This document shows, in pieces, positions 18,490-28,946 of a DNA stretch of 64,000 nt. The position numbers and the translations under genes were made by a program. This stretch comes from Bacteroidota bacterium. GTDB taxonomy: Bacteria; Bacteroidota; Bacteroidia; Bacteroidales; JAGONC01. Positions within the stretch are counted from its first letter, which is position 1. The number at the start of each line of letters is the position of its first letter. The DNA lies in assembly GCA_026391695.1 (NCBI GenBank), contig JAPLDP010000068.1, positions 4,305 through 68,304 of the forward strand, given 5' to 3'. A model generated the notes under the pieces. It saw only the letters and a list, made by a program, of their open reading frames with translations. It had not been told where the DNA came from and did not search any database.

Positions 18490-18497
18490 CAAAGATA
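18490..18497 (-). promoter_or_regulatory. -7 promoter box TATCTTTG (minus strand)
   Basis: Exact TAnnTTTG match on the minus strand, ending 7 nt before the ATG at 18482. Confidence 0.45.
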
Positions 18498-18585
18498 AAA
18501 ATATTTTGCTAAGTTGAAAAAACGCCTCCTCAAACTAAATCATAGCACTTTTTTTTCTGTCACAAAACATTTTAAAGGCAGTTTT

Positions 18586-19680
18586 TCAATCTGATTCCAT
18601 GAGGAGTTTTTGTGCTTCATCCAATGTGATACGGTTGCCGTTTAAAAATGGGACGATGAAGACATCTTTAAAACCTTTTTTAAGTAATTCCTCTTTTAAT
18701 TTATTGGCGCCTTCAAGTGTGGTATCATTCCCTGCTGTATATTTATAAAGTCCATCCTGACGGTATTCCCTGATATCTCTAATGTCTTTGAATTTTTTAT
18801 AACCAGGAGGTTTTGGTTTGGTGAATGTGGCAAACTGCACCCTGAAAAAAATTTCGGGATGTGGTTTGGGGGGTTCTTTTTTATCAATGGTCACTGGTGG
18901 TTTCTGATTGGTTTTTTCAAAATTCAGCTTATATTCTTTAAAAGCTCTGTATGTTGCTGAAGCTAAATAATCCTGACCCTGGTCTGACAGGAGAAATTTT
19001 TCTTCCTGTGCATTGCTCAGAAAGCCGGTTTCAATGAGAATCCCCGGCATTGTTGTCCGGTATAGTACCAGGAATCCGGCTTGTTTGACACCACGGTCAA
19101 TACGTTTCACATGCTCCCTGAATTGGTCCTGAACATGCATGGCCATATCGATGCTTTGTTCCTGAAATGCATGCTGGAAAAGTGAAAGTGTCACATAATC
19201 CTCATCAGAATTAGGATTGAAACCTTCATACATATCAGCATAGTCTTCCTCCTGAAAAATGGCAGAATTCTCTTTTTTAGCCACTTCAAGGTTATCCTGT
19301 GTCTTATGCAGACCCATAATAAAGGTTTCCGAACCGGAAGGTTCAGAAGAGCGGTTGGAATTGCAGTGAATAGAAATGAACAGATCAGCCCGGTTATCAT
19401 TAGCTATTTTAGCACGTCGGTAAAGTTCCACAAAAACGTCAGTCGACCTGGTATAAATTACCTTGACGTCATGGAGATTGTCTTTAATATATTTACCTGT
19501 TTTAAGAGCGATGGCAAGTGTAATGTCCTTTTCTCTGGAGTTTTTCCCTAATGCACCTGGATCATGACCTCCATGACCGGCATCGATAACGACAGTATTA
19601 ATGGTCATCTGGGCCGAGGCGATAGAATCAGACAACGCCAGAGCACAGAACATACCAAAAAATAAAATCAATCGTTTCAA
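18586..19680 (-). CDS. N-acetylmuramoyl-L-alanine amidase (Amidase_3) with C-terminal SPOR-like domain
   Basis: VVIDAGHGGHDPGA and ISIHCNS zinc-site motifs. The C-terminal segment FRVQFATF...YKYTAG resembles SPOR. Confidence 0.9.
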   Translation of the reverse strand: MKRLILFFGMFCALALSDSIASAQMTINTVVIDAGHGGHDPGALGKNSREKDITLAIALKTGKYIKDNLHDVKVIYTRSTDVFVELYRRAKIANDNRADLFISIHCNSNRSSEPSGSETFIMGLHKTQDNLEVAKKENSAIFQEEDYADMYEGFNPNSDEDYVTLSLFQHAFQEQSIDMAMHVQDQFREHVKRIDRGVKQAGFLVLYRTTMPGILIETGFLSNAQEEKFLLSDQGQDYLASATYRAFKEYKLNFEKTNQKPPVTIDKKEPPKPHPEIFFRVQFATFTKPKPPGYKKFKDIRDIREYRQDGLYKYTAGNDTTLEGANKLKEELLKKGFKDVFIVPFLNGNRITLDEAQKLLMESD

Positions 19681-19802
19681 TCAGGAAATAGATTTTAATT
19701 AGTTTTGAGGAAATTATGCTGTTTCCCGGCCCCGGCATACGACATTCTGGATACCTGTTTGTATCGTATAAACTAAAAAAATCCGGGACTATTGTATATT
19801 GA

Positions 19803-19810
19803 CAAAATTA
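19803..19810 (-). promoter_or_regulatory. -7 promoter box TAATTTTG (minus strand)
   Basis: Exact TAnnTTTG match on the minus strand, ~120 nt upstream of the amidase ATG (19680). Confidence 0.35.
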
Positions 19811-19855
19811 GTATAGATAGAAGCACGTAGTAACTTATCTGTTGTCAAATTGTTG

Positions 19856-22477
19856 ATGTTTTTTTTAACAAGACGCACAGTAGCTTTTTTTTTCACGGTG
19901 GTACTGGTTATGCTCCTTGATTATCAGGTAATCGGGCAGGATACGGTACCTATGAACCTTTCTGACACTTTAAAAGTATCTAGCGACTCGATAGTTGCCG
20001 ACACACTGGGTGTGGTGGGAAAGAAATATGCACTGGAGGCGAAAGTTGACTACAAGTCCGACGATTCCATCATTTTTGATATCCCAAACCAAAAGGCCTT
20101 CTTATATCAGAATGCCGCGTTAAACTATCAAAAAACCGACCTTAAAGCGGCTTATGTAGAAATAGATTTTTCAAAAAGTATGTTGTACGCTACCTTTCTT
20201 CTTGATTCACTGAACAAGGAGACCGGAGTGCCTGTATTTACTGATGGGGACCAGAGCTTTACATCAAAAGAGATGAAATACAATTTTGATACGAAGAAGG
20301 GATTGATCAAAAATGTTATTACCCAGGAGGGTGACGGATATCTTCATGGGACAACAATCAAAAAGCTCGAAAATAATATTATTGATGTAAAATCCGGTAG
20401 TTATACAACCTGCAATCTTCCTCATCCGCATTATGGGATGCATTTTAAAAAAGCCAAGATTATACCTGATGATAAGATCATAACTGGTCCGGCGTGGATG
20501 GTCATCGAAGATGTACCCATACCTCTTGCCCTTCCGTTTGGTCTGTTTCCGATCTTTAAGGGCCGGACATCAGGCATTATCGTTCCCACCTGGGGTGAGT
20601 CGCCAGACCGTGGCTTTTACCTTGAGAATGGCGGATATTACTGGGGGATAAGTGATTATTTCGATCTGACGGTCAAAGGAGATATTTATTCGAGGGGAAG
20701 TTGGGCTATCAAACCTCTGGTGAGTTATAAGAAGCGATATAAATTCAGTGGTACTTTTGGATTCAGCTACGCGATCAATAAATTTGGTGATGCAGGCACT
20801 CCTGGTTATCAGAAAAAAAGGGATTTTTCTATTCGATGGAGTCACACACAGGACCCTAAATCCATGCCCAACAGCACTTTCTCGGCAAGTGTCAATATTG
20901 TCAGCAGTTCGTTTAACAGGTATAATCCAGTGAGTACAAATGACTATTTATCCAATACTTTTCAATCCAGCATTTCTTATCAGAAGAGCTGGTCGGGCCT
21001 TTATCATCTTACAGTCAGCCTCAACCACTCTCAAAATACACAGCAAAAGAACGTCATTCTTTCCCTTCCCAATATCTCCTTCAGTGTAAACCGCTTTTAT
21101 CCATTCAGAAAAAAAGTGAGAGTGGGGAAGCTACGATGGTATGAAGATATCAGTGTGACTTATACCATGAATGCTCAGAATAACCTGAATACTTATGATT
21201 CATTATTGTTTACTAAGAGCATGATGAACCTGTTTAAGAATGGAATGAAGCATACTATTCCTGTTTCAAGCTCCCTGAAAGTTTTGAAATATTTCAACCT
21301 GACCAATTCGATCAGTTATACAGAGCGATGGTACACGCAGAGAGTTGAAAAAGCATGGGTAAATGATACAGTGATCACCTCCACTGATACGCTGCCAGGT
21401 TATGTGAAAAGTGATACGATCTATGGTTTTCAGACTGCACGGGATTTCAATTTCTCCTCATCACTGAGCACCAAATTGTATGGCATGGTACAATTCAGGA
21501 AGGGACCCCTGAGGGCTATACGGCACGTTATGACACCTTCGATAGGATTTACCCTCCGGCCTGATTTTGGCAGTGAAAAATTTGGTTATTGGAAATATTA
21601 TTATCTCGACGAAACGAAAACCGACAGTGTGCATTACTCGCTGTATCAGAATTCAATTTACGGCACTCCCCCGGATGGAAAATCTGGAAGTTTTTCTTTC
21701 AGTCTTAATAATAACCTGGAGATAAAGGTACGTTCAAAAAAGGATACCATAACCGGAACAAAAAAGGTTGTTCTGATTGATAATTTTTATATCTCCACAT
21801 CATATGATCTGGCCAGGGATTCGTTAAAATGGGCACCAATTAGCATGAGTGGACGAACAAAGCTTTTCCGTAACCTGAATGTCCAGTTTAACGGCCGATG
21901 GGACCTCTATGCCATTGATGATTCTACAGGCACAAGGATCAATACGTTCCAATGGGAAAAGAATCACAAGCTGTTGAGGTTTGATAATATGACATGGAAT
22001 TTCAGTTTGAACTGGAATCTGACTTCTAAGAACAAAAAAAATCCACCTTTGGGACAATCTCCATCTGCTGCCGGAACCCAGGACGAGATAGCCCAGATTA
22101 TGGCCGCACCTGACCAGTTTCTGGACTGGAATAATCCATGGCGGATAAATATTTCTTACAATCTGCAGTTGATCAGGCGATTTGATAAGGATTCATTTAG
22201 ACCGAAAAATAAAATTACTCAGACTCTCTCGTTTAACGGGGATGTAAACATAACACCGAAGTGGAAAATCGGATTCCGGTCGGGGTATGATTTTGAAGGC
22301 GGAGGATTTTCCTATACATCGTTCGATTTTTACCGCGATTTACATTGCTGGGAGATGAGATTTAACTGGATACCTATTGGCCCTCTTAAAAGCTGGAATT
22401 TCTCCATTAATGCAAAGGCACCTCTCTTACAAGATCTCAAACTGCAAAAAAAGAAAGATTTCAGGGATAGTTTTTGA
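19856..22477 (+). CDS. LptD-like large outer-membrane protein (Bacteroidota putative LPS-assembly protein)
   Basis: ~870-aa signal-peptide protein. It has an N-terminal OstA-like segment and then a long beta-rich region with alternating aromatic patterns. The ATG at 19856 is preferred over the TTG at 19850. Confidence 0.6.
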   Translation: MFFLTRRTVAFFFTVVLVMLLDYQVIGQDTVPMNLSDTLKVSSDSIVADTLGVVGKKYALEAKVDYKSDDSIIFDIPNQKAFLYQNAALNYQKTDLKAAYVEIDFSKSMLYATFLLDSLNKETGVPVFTDGDQSFTSKEMKYNFDTKKGLIKNVITQEGDGYLHGTTIKKLENNIIDVKSGSYTTCNLPHPHYGMHFKKAKIIPDDKIITGPAWMVIEDVPIPLALPFGLFPIFKGRTSGIIVPTWGESPDRGFYLENGGYYWGISDYFDLTVKGDIYSRGSWAIKPLVSYKKRYKFSGTFGFSYAINKFGDAGTPGYQKKRDFSIRWSHTQDPKSMPNSTFSASVNIVSSSFNRYNPVSTNDYLSNTFQSSISYQKSWSGLYHLTVSLNHSQNTQQKNVILSLPNISFSVNRFYPFRKKVRVGKLRWYEDISVTYTMNAQNNLNTYDSLLFTKSMMNLFKNGMKHTIPVSSSLKVLKYFNLTNSISYTERWYTQRVEKAWVNDTVITSTDTLPGYVKSDTIYGFQTARDFNFSSSLSTKLYGMVQFRKGPLRAIRHVMTPSIGFTLRPDFGSEKFGYWKYYYLDETKTDSVHYSLYQNSIYGTPPDGKSGSFSFSLNNNLEIKVRSKKDTITGTKKVVLIDNFYISTSYDLARDSLKWAPISMSGRTKLFRNLNVQFNGRWDLYAIDDSTGTRINTFQWEKNHKLLRFDNMTWNFSLNWNLTSKNKKNPPLGQSPSAAGTQDEIAQIMAAPDQFLDWNNPWRINISYNLQLIRRFDKDSFRPKNKITQTLSFNGDVNITPKWKIGFRSGYDFEGGGFSYTSFDFYRDLHCWEMRFNWIPIGPLKSWNFSINAKAPLLQDLKLQKKKDFRDSF

Positions 22478-22554
22478 GTTCGGCAGCCAGCCGTAAAACT
22501 TTGCAGGTCAAAGAAAAATCGTAAGCTTATCTGTCTGGATAACCGTTCGTCAGT

Positions 22555-23532
22555 TTAAATAGAGATATTGATTCCGATCCCTGCTGCTTTGGCCTTATCA
22601 TATACCAGCTTGGCAGTAGCTGTATCCTGAATAGCAAGTCCGTTGGACTTGAAAAGAGTGATTTCACCTGAAGTTATCCGGCCTATTTTTTTACCGGTTA
22701 TAATTTCACCCAGTTCGGCATAGAAGTGCGATTCATCAATGATGCCTTCCTTAACAGGTATGATGATATCACCTGCTTCGCTGAAACATGCTTCACGGGA
22801 GTCACCAATAAATTTTGAGCGTCTAATGATATCGCTATCCAGTTCCCTGGCATTTGGTGAGTGGCTTCCGATACCATTGATATGTGTACCAGGTCTGATC
22901 TTCTTGCCATTAAAAATAGGCACGGCTGAAGAGGTGGCTGTACAAATGATATCTGCTGTTACCATATCATCAGCATTTTTCGCTTTCATGATCGGGAAAT
23001 TCACTTTATTCTGAATGTCAGAAATGAACTTGTCCATTGCACTATCTGCAATATCAAAGATGAAGGCTTTTGAAAGTTTTCTGGCTTCTGCAATTGCCAG
23101 TAATTGTTGCCGTGCCTGTACACCTGTTCCAAATATGCCGGCAATTTGTTCATCATCTTTTCTGGCCAGGTATTTTGTCGCCACACCGCTGGCAGCTCCG
23201 GTTCTGACAGCTGTGAGGTAGCCGCCATCCATGATGCATAATACATCACCCGACTCCGGGTCCTGCAGCAGGACTTTACCGATCACTACCGGTAAGTTGA
23301 ACCGGGCCGGATTATTCTTGTATACGGTGACAACTTTGCACGCCAATGCTTTCATCTGTTTAAGGTATGCAGGCATATACAGCGACACCCCATCCGGTGG
23401 AGAGATGTTCGTTCTGAGAGGCAGAACAGCCGTACCATTTGTCAGTTCGGCAAAAGCCTGTTCGACAGCATCCATGCAATCTTTCATGGTAAGCACTGAC
23501 ATGACGTCGTTACGATTTAAAATAAGAGTCAT
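22555..23532 (-). CDS. ornithine cyclodeaminase / mu-crystallin family NAD-dependent enzyme
   Basis: Full-length family architecture with a GTGVQARQQ Rossmann loop and a GGYLTAVRTGAAS motif. GGAGG lies 4 nt before the ATG. Confidence 0.85.
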   Translation of the reverse strand: MTLILNRNDVMSVLTMKDCMDAVEQAFAELTNGTAVLPLRTNISPPDGVSLYMPAYLKQMKALACKVVTVYKNNPARFNLPVVIGKVLLQDPESGDVLCIMDGGYLTAVRTGAASGVATKYLARKDDEQIAGIFGTGVQARQQLLAIAEARKLSKAFIFDIADSAMDKFISDIQNKVNFPIMKAKNADDMVTADIICTATSSAVPIFNGKKIRPGTHINGIGSHSPNARELDSDIIRRSKFIGDSREACFSEAGDIIIPVKEGIIDESHFYAELGEIITGKKIGRITSGEITLFKSNGLAIQDTATAKLVYDKAKAAGIGINISI

Positions 23533-23554
23533 AGTACCTCCGGTTTATAACAAA

Positions 23555-23589
23555 GAATGAAGAATGAAAAATGAAAAATGAAAGATGAA
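23555..23589. repeat. heptanucleotide tandem array, 5 units (GAATGAA GAATGAA AAATGAA AAATGAA AGATGAA)
   Basis: Read directly. It lies in the divergent gap between the OCD-family gene and ridA and contains 5 ATGs spaced 7 nt apart. Confidence 0.9.
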
Positions 23590-23698
23590 AAAATACATTT
23601 TAACTCGATAATGTTTATTTGATTATAAAGATAAACATAAGTTTGGATTTATAAATACCCAGGTTTCAATCTGCCGCAAAGTTTGAATGATTTTCTTT

Positions 23699-23706
23699 TA
23701 TATTTG
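23699..23706 (+). promoter_or_regulatory. -7 promoter box TATATTTG
   Basis: Exact TAnnTTTG match 21 nt upstream of the ATG at 23728. This supports the shorter RidA start. Confidence 0.5.
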
Positions 23707-23727
23707 CTAAAACAACAGATTTATCCC

Positions 23728-24108
23728 ATGAAAACACTTGTTAATATTTCCGGTGCACCAAAGCCGATTGCGCCATACAGTCAGGCAATCCTGGCTGATC
23801 ATACACTGTATATTTCCGGTCAAATTTCCATTAATCCATATACCGGTGAACTGGTCAGAGATAGTGTTCAGGCACAGACAAAACAGATAATGGAAAATAT
23901 CACGGCCATTCTGAAGGAAGTTGGCATGAATCTGTCGCATGTAGTAAAGGTCACCATTTTCCTTAGCGATATGGCTATTTATAAGGATGTAAACGAAGTA
24001 TATGGAGGCTATTTTAAGGAAGCTCCACCGGCTCGTGAAGCCCTTCAGGCTGCCGGATTACCGATGAACGTGGATGTGGAAATTTCATGTATTGCTGTTG
24101 GAAGTTAA
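23728..24108 (+). CDS. ridA: RidA (YjgF/L-PSP) family enamine/imine deaminase
   Basis: GAPKPIAPYSQA...LYISGQI...AREALQAAGLP...VEI, typical of RidA. Confidence 0.9.
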   Translation: MKTLVNISGAPKPIAPYSQAILADHTLYISGQISINPYTGELVRDSVQAQTKQIMENITAILKEVGMNLSHVVKVTIFLSDMAIYKDVNEVYGGYFKEAPPAREALQAAGLPMNVDVEISCIAVGS

Positions 24109-24206
24109 TCTGTACCTTCAAGAAAAGGTCGAATGTTACATTATCATATTTTGTTGTTTAATCGAATAGAGAATATATTATGTGCCTGATTATAAATATA
24201 CCTGAT

Positions 24207-26378
24207 ATGAAATGCCACTTTATCCGCTTAATGGTTCTCTCTTTTCTTCTATCTCCGTTCTCCGTTCTTCTGGCCAATGAGGGTATGTGGATACCGATGC
24301 TTTTGAGTTTGCTTAATGAGAAGGAGATGCAAAGCATGGGGCTGAAGCTTACAGCCGAAGATATTTACAGCATAAACCAGTCGTGTTTGAAGGATGCCAT
24401 AGTCATATTTGGCGGTGGATGTACAGGAGAGATCATTTCCGCGGAGGGTCTTTTGCTCACTAACCATCACTGTGGATATGGTTCAATACAGAGGCACAGC
24501 ACATTGGAAAAGGATTATCTGACCGATGGTTTCTGGGCAGCCAGCCATGACGAAGAGCTATCAAACCCTGGTTTGACCTGCACTATGCTTGTGAGGATGG
24601 AAGATGTTACCGCTAAAGTGCTTTCTGGCGTCACAGGTGATCTTTCAGAAGCCAGCCGGAAGAAAATCATTGAAGAGAACTCATTAAAAATTTCAGAAGC
24701 GGCTGTAAAGGGAACCCCCTATGAAGCGGAGATAATTCCATTTTATTATGGGAATGAATTCTATATGCTTATCTATGAAGTATTCAGGGATATCCGACTG
24801 GTTGGCGCACCACCATCGAATATTGGTAATTTCGGTGGAGATACCGATAACTGGATGTGGCCCCGGCATACAGGTGATTTTTCCATTTTCAGAATTTATG
24901 TCAATAAGGATAACCAGCCTGCCGAGTATTCTCCCGACAATGTACCATATACGCCGAAAAAGCATTTGACAATCACGCTGAAAGGATATGAAAGAGGCGA
25001 TTTCACTTTTGTTTTCGGATATCCTGCTTTCACGCAGGAATATCTTCCTTCGTATGCCATTGAGATGATCACTTTTGCCGAGAATCCTATACGGATTGAC
25101 CTGCGGACCAAATCGCTTAATATCATTCTTGATGCCATGCGACAAAATGATCTGATCCGATTACAGTATGCTTCCAAACATGTGGGAATAGCCAACTCCT
25201 GGAAGAAATGGATGGGAGAGAAGCGGGGTATCATGTTGTATGATGTGGTCGATAAAAAGCGGGCATATGAAGATCGGTTTCAGCTTTGGGTTGATGGCGA
25301 TCCTGACAGGAAAGCGCATTATGGCGAACTTCTTCCTTCTTTAAAAACTGTTTATGATCAGTTGACACCCTATCGTGAAGCCCAGGCCTATTATTCTGAG
25401 GCCGGTATGCGTGTCGAGGTTCTAAGATTTGCCAATACTTACAAAACCCTTGTAACTTTAAGTAAAGAAAAATTGCCCGATATGAAGAAGATAAGTGAAG
25501 AAACTGAAAAACTCAAACGGGGGTCGGAAGCATTTTTCAAAAACTATAATGCTGATGTCGATAAGAAATTGTTCCTCTCTCTTTTCACATCTTATATGAA
25601 TGTGACTGATATCAGCTATCAACCGGATGTCTTTGAAGATATCAGAGTGAAGTATAAGGGCAATATCACAAAGTACGCTGATGAATTATTTTGCAGATCG
25701 TTTTTTGTTTGCCCCGTCCGCCTGAATGCATTGCTTGATAATTACAAACCATCTCATTATAAAAGACTTTTAAAAGACCAAGCCTATCAACTGGCATCCG
25801 GTTTATCAGAATACTACCTGAAATCCATACAACCCTATACCAGGAAGATGAGTATTACTATTGACAGCCTTATGCGTATCTATATGAAAGCGCAGATAGA
25901 GATGGAGCCTGACTGGAGGTTTTATCCTGATGCCAATTCTACCCTCAGGGTGGCTTATGGAAAAGTGGATGATTACACGCCAAGAGATGCTGTCGGATAT
26001 GACTATTATACTACCTTGACAGGTATCATGGAAAAGGAAGATTCAACAGTGTATGATTATGTTGTTGATAAAAGGCTGAAGGAATTATATATTAATGAGG
26101 ATTATGGACGATACGCTGACAAGGATGGCACCATGCGGGTCTGCTTTACTGCCTCCAATCATACAACAGGGGGTAATTCCGGCAGCCCGGTCTTTAATGG
26201 CGATGGCTATTTAATCGGCATTAACTTTGACCGAAACTGGGAAGGGACAATGAGCGATCTTATGTATGATCCTTTTCACTGTCGTAACATTTGCCTTGAT
26301 ATCAGGTATTGCCTTTTTGTGATCGATAAAGTTGCCGGAGCAAGTCATCTGATTGATGAGATGACTATTGTGGAATAG
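24207..26378 (+). CDS. S46 family dipeptidyl-peptidase (DPP7/DPP11 type)
   Basis: Signal peptide followed by NEGMWIP. LLTNHHCG (catalytic His) and GGNSGSPV (catalytic Ser). The start could instead be 24180. Confidence 0.9.
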   Translation: MKCHFIRLMVLSFLLSPFSVLLANEGMWIPMLLSLLNEKEMQSMGLKLTAEDIYSINQSCLKDAIVIFGGGCTGEIISAEGLLLTNHHCGYGSIQRHSTLEKDYLTDGFWAASHDEELSNPGLTCTMLVRMEDVTAKVLSGVTGDLSEASRKKIIEENSLKISEAAVKGTPYEAEIIPFYYGNEFYMLIYEVFRDIRLVGAPPSNIGNFGGDTDNWMWPRHTGDFSIFRIYVNKDNQPAEYSPDNVPYTPKKHLTITLKGYERGDFTFVFGYPAFTQEYLPSYAIEMITFAENPIRIDLRTKSLNIILDAMRQNDLIRLQYASKHVGIANSWKKWMGEKRGIMLYDVVDKKRAYEDRFQLWVDGDPDRKAHYGELLPSLKTVYDQLTPYREAQAYYSEAGMRVEVLRFANTYKTLVTLSKEKLPDMKKISEETEKLKRGSEAFFKNYNADVDKKLFLSLFTSYMNVTDISYQPDVFEDIRVKYKGNITKYADELFCRSFFVCPVRLNALLDNYKPSHYKRLLKDQAYQLASGLSEYYLKSIQPYTRKMSITIDSLMRIYMKAQIEMEPDWRFYPDANSTLRVAYGKVDDYTPRDAVGYDYYTTLTGIMEKEDSTVYDYVVDKRLKELYINEDYGRYADKDGTMRVCFTASNHTTGGNSGSPVFNGDGYLIGINFDRNWEGTMSDLMYDPFHCRNICLDIRYCLFVIDKVAGASHLIDEMTIVE

Positions 26379-26381
26379 TAA

Positions 26382-26416
26382 AGTATCAGGTTGCAGGTTA
26401 CAAGTTTCAATTCAAC
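26382..26416. repeat. heptanucleotide tandem array, 5 degenerate units (AGTATCA GGTTGCA GGTTACA AGTTTCA ATTCAAC)
   Basis: Read directly. It starts immediately 3' of the S46 peptidase stop. Confidence 0.8.
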
Positions 26417-26502
26417 CGCTGATAAACTGGAATCTGATTTTTTTCATTTTTGATTTGTATCTTTACATTTTGATTTTCCATTTTTAATTTAAATTATCCG
26501 CC

Positions 26503-26976
26503 ATGTCACATTGGTTAGAAGAAGAACTGAACCGTATAAAGGGAAATGAGCTTAAACTTGACAGGGATAAAATCCTTGCCAATTATCAGATTAATAAAGA
26601 AACCATAGACTGTTTTCTTAGTACCCTGATAACATCATTTGATGACCTGCAAAAAGTGATGACTGAGGATTATAAGTTCTCCTACAGGACATTGTCAAAT
26701 GTTGGTGTATCTGAATATGAACTGTCGGAGTTTTCAGCTGTCAATTTCACACAAAAGCCGGTATTTCTCAGGCGGTTGCGGTTTATTCTTTCCGAAGATA
26801 AGGGCAAAATGCATATCACATTGTTCAGGGGGAAGCACCACAATCCGGATGAACCATGGAAATTCCATGATGAACAGGAATTTCATTTTGATATTGATAG
26901 GATGAATGAAGAACTAAGATACGAATTGGTCGACTGGTTTGCGTGGAAGAGTTTCAGCCCAAGGAGCCTGAGGTAG
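26503..26976 (+). CDS. hypothetical protein
   Basis: 157-aa ORF with ordinary composition and no motif I recognise. Confidence 0.5.
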   Translation: MSHWLEEELNRIKGNELKLDRDKILANYQINKETIDCFLSTLITSFDDLQKVMTEDYKFSYRTLSNVGVSEYELSEFSAVNFTQKPVFLRRLRFILSEDKGKMHITLFRGKHHNPDEPWKFHDEQEFHFDIDRMNEELRYELVDWFAWKSFSPRSLR

Positions 26977-27002
26977 AATTATTGCCATAGTCAATTGGAT
27001 TA

Positions 27003-27010
27003 TAATTTTG
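27003..27010 (+). promoter_or_regulatory. -7 promoter box TAATTTTG
   Basis: Exact TAnnTTTG match 22 nt upstream of the mutA ATG (27033). Confidence 0.5.
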
Positions 27011-27032
27011 ATCAGGAATTAATCAGGTTATA

Positions 27033-28928
27033 ATGGATCAAAGAGAAATCTCAAAACCGGATAAAAAGTATTTTGATGAATTCCCACCTGTTACAAGGGA
27101 GGAATGGGAAGCTGCGATATATCAGGATTTGAAAGGACAGGACTATCAAAAGAAACTGGTCTGGAAAACATATGAGGGATTTGATATCATGCCCTATTAT
27201 ATGCAGGAAGATCTTGAATCACTTGTTCATTTAACAGCGTGTCCTGGTGAATTTCCTTTTATCAGAGGTAACGGGAAAGAAAGCAACATCTGGAAAGTCA
27301 GGCAGGATATAAAGGTTGATGATCCTCAGAAAGCAGATATAAAGGCTGCTGATTTACTGCGAAAAGGTATAACCTCCTTAGGACTGGTTTTTAATGAAAA
27401 AAAAGATTATACACAGGAGGATATTGAGGTATTTTTCAAAAATGTACTATTGGGCTTTGCCGAAGTGAATGTATTGGCTGGCATGAATTTCATAGATTTT
27501 CTGAAGATCATTCTCACTGTGGTGGATAAATATAATCTGCGCAGGGATAATATTTTCGGGTCATTGAATTATGATCCTCTTGGCAACCTGGCGATAAAAG
27601 GTAATTTCTTCATTTCGGAAGAAGAGGACTTCAATGTGGGTAAAAAGCTGATCCTGATGGCTAAAGATGTGCCGGGTTTCAGGATGATTTCCATAAACGG
27701 ACAACATTTTCATAACGCTGGTGCATCAATAGTTGAAGAACTGGCCTTTAGTCTGACGGCCGGTACCGAATACATTCATAGACTGACCGACAGGGGTTTA
27801 TCTGTTAATCAGATTTCTCCGCGGCTTTCATTCACATTTGGTGTGGGATCGGATTATTTCCTGGAAATAGCCAAACTACGTGCAGCTCGGATGCTTTGGG
27901 CCCATATTATGCGTGCATTCGGCCCTGAGAATGAAAACCTGACACAAATGAATATTCATGTAGAAACGTCGAGATGGAATATGACATTATACGACCCATA
28001 CGTGAATGTTCTCCGCTCCACAACGGAGTCTATGTCGGCTATTATCGGTGGAGCAGACTCTCTGACTGTTTTACCTTTCGACAGTGCTTATGCCGAGTCA
28101 TCCGAGTTTTCGGAACGTCTTGCGAGAAATCAGCAACTGCTGCTTAAGGAAGAGGCTTATCTGCAAAAGGTTATCGACCCTGCAGCCGGATCCTATTATA
28201 TTGAAAACCTGACCAGTTCCATTGCTGATGAAGTTTGGAAATTATTTTTGCATATCGAAGAAAAGGGCGGATATCTGCAAGCATTTAAGGAAGGTTATGT
28301 CCAGTCAAAGATCAAAGAAACTGCCAGTACAAGAGATATTGCGATTGCACAGAGAAGGGACATCCTTCTGGGATCAAATCAATATCCGGATTTTACTGAA
28401 CATATTGATGCAGAGTTGCCTGCAGAAGTCACGAATCCGGTCAGCCAGCATCCCGATAATATCCTTGCTGAGCCCCTTAAACCATACCGGGGAGCTATGG
28501 CATTTGAGAGATTAAGGTACAGAACTGATAGGTTTGCCATTGCAAACAAACGACCTGAGGTATTCATGCTTACTTATGGAAATCTTGCCATGCGTCGTGC
28601 CCGCAGCCAGTTTGCAGGTAATTTTTTTGGTTGTGCAGGATTCGGGATCATAGATAATCCAGGTTTTGACACTGTGAAGGAAGGTATTGAAGCCGCTCTG
28701 GCGAGCCATGCTGAAATTGTCGTTATCTGTAGTTCTGATGAGGAATATTCATCCCTCATTCCAGAGGTATTCCCTCAACTGCGAAATGATAAAATTATCG
28801 TTTTGGCAGGATATCCTAAAGATTATGCTGAGCGTTTTAAGATGATTGGATTAAAACATTTTATTCATGTCAGATCGAATATTCTTGAGACTCTGGAAGG
28901 GTTTCAGAAAGAGTTAAATATATTCTAA
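27033..28928 (+). CDS. mutA: methylmalonyl-CoA mutase small (beta) subunit
   Basis: Mutase-fold N-terminal domain lacking the B12 DxHxxG loop. The gene lies directly upstream of the large subunit. Confidence 0.85.
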   Translation: MDQREISKPDKKYFDEFPPVTREEWEAAIYQDLKGQDYQKKLVWKTYEGFDIMPYYMQEDLESLVHLTACPGEFPFIRGNGKESNIWKVRQDIKVDDPQKADIKAADLLRKGITSLGLVFNEKKDYTQEDIEVFFKNVLLGFAEVNVLAGMNFIDFLKIILTVVDKYNLRRDNIFGSLNYDPLGNLAIKGNFFISEEEDFNVGKKLILMAKDVPGFRMISINGQHFHNAGASIVEELAFSLTAGTEYIHRLTDRGLSVNQISPRLSFTFGVGSDYFLEIAKLRAARMLWAHIMRAFGPENENLTQMNIHVETSRWNMTLYDPYVNVLRSTTESMSAIIGGADSLTVLPFDSAYAESSEFSERLARNQQLLLKEEAYLQKVIDPAAGSYYIENLTSSIADEVWKLFLHIEEKGGYLQAFKEGYVQSKIKETASTRDIAIAQRRDILLGSNQYPDFTEHIDAELPAEVTNPVSQHPDNILAEPLKPYRGAMAFERLRYRTDRFAIANKRPEVFMLTYGNLAMRRARSQFAGNFFGCAGFGIIDNPGFDTVKEGIEAALASHAEIVVICSSDEEYSSLIPEVFPQLRNDKIIVLAGYPKDYAERFKMIGLKHFIHVRSNILETLEGFQKELNIF

Positions 28929-28946
28929 AGGTAGAAAATCTGCAAA

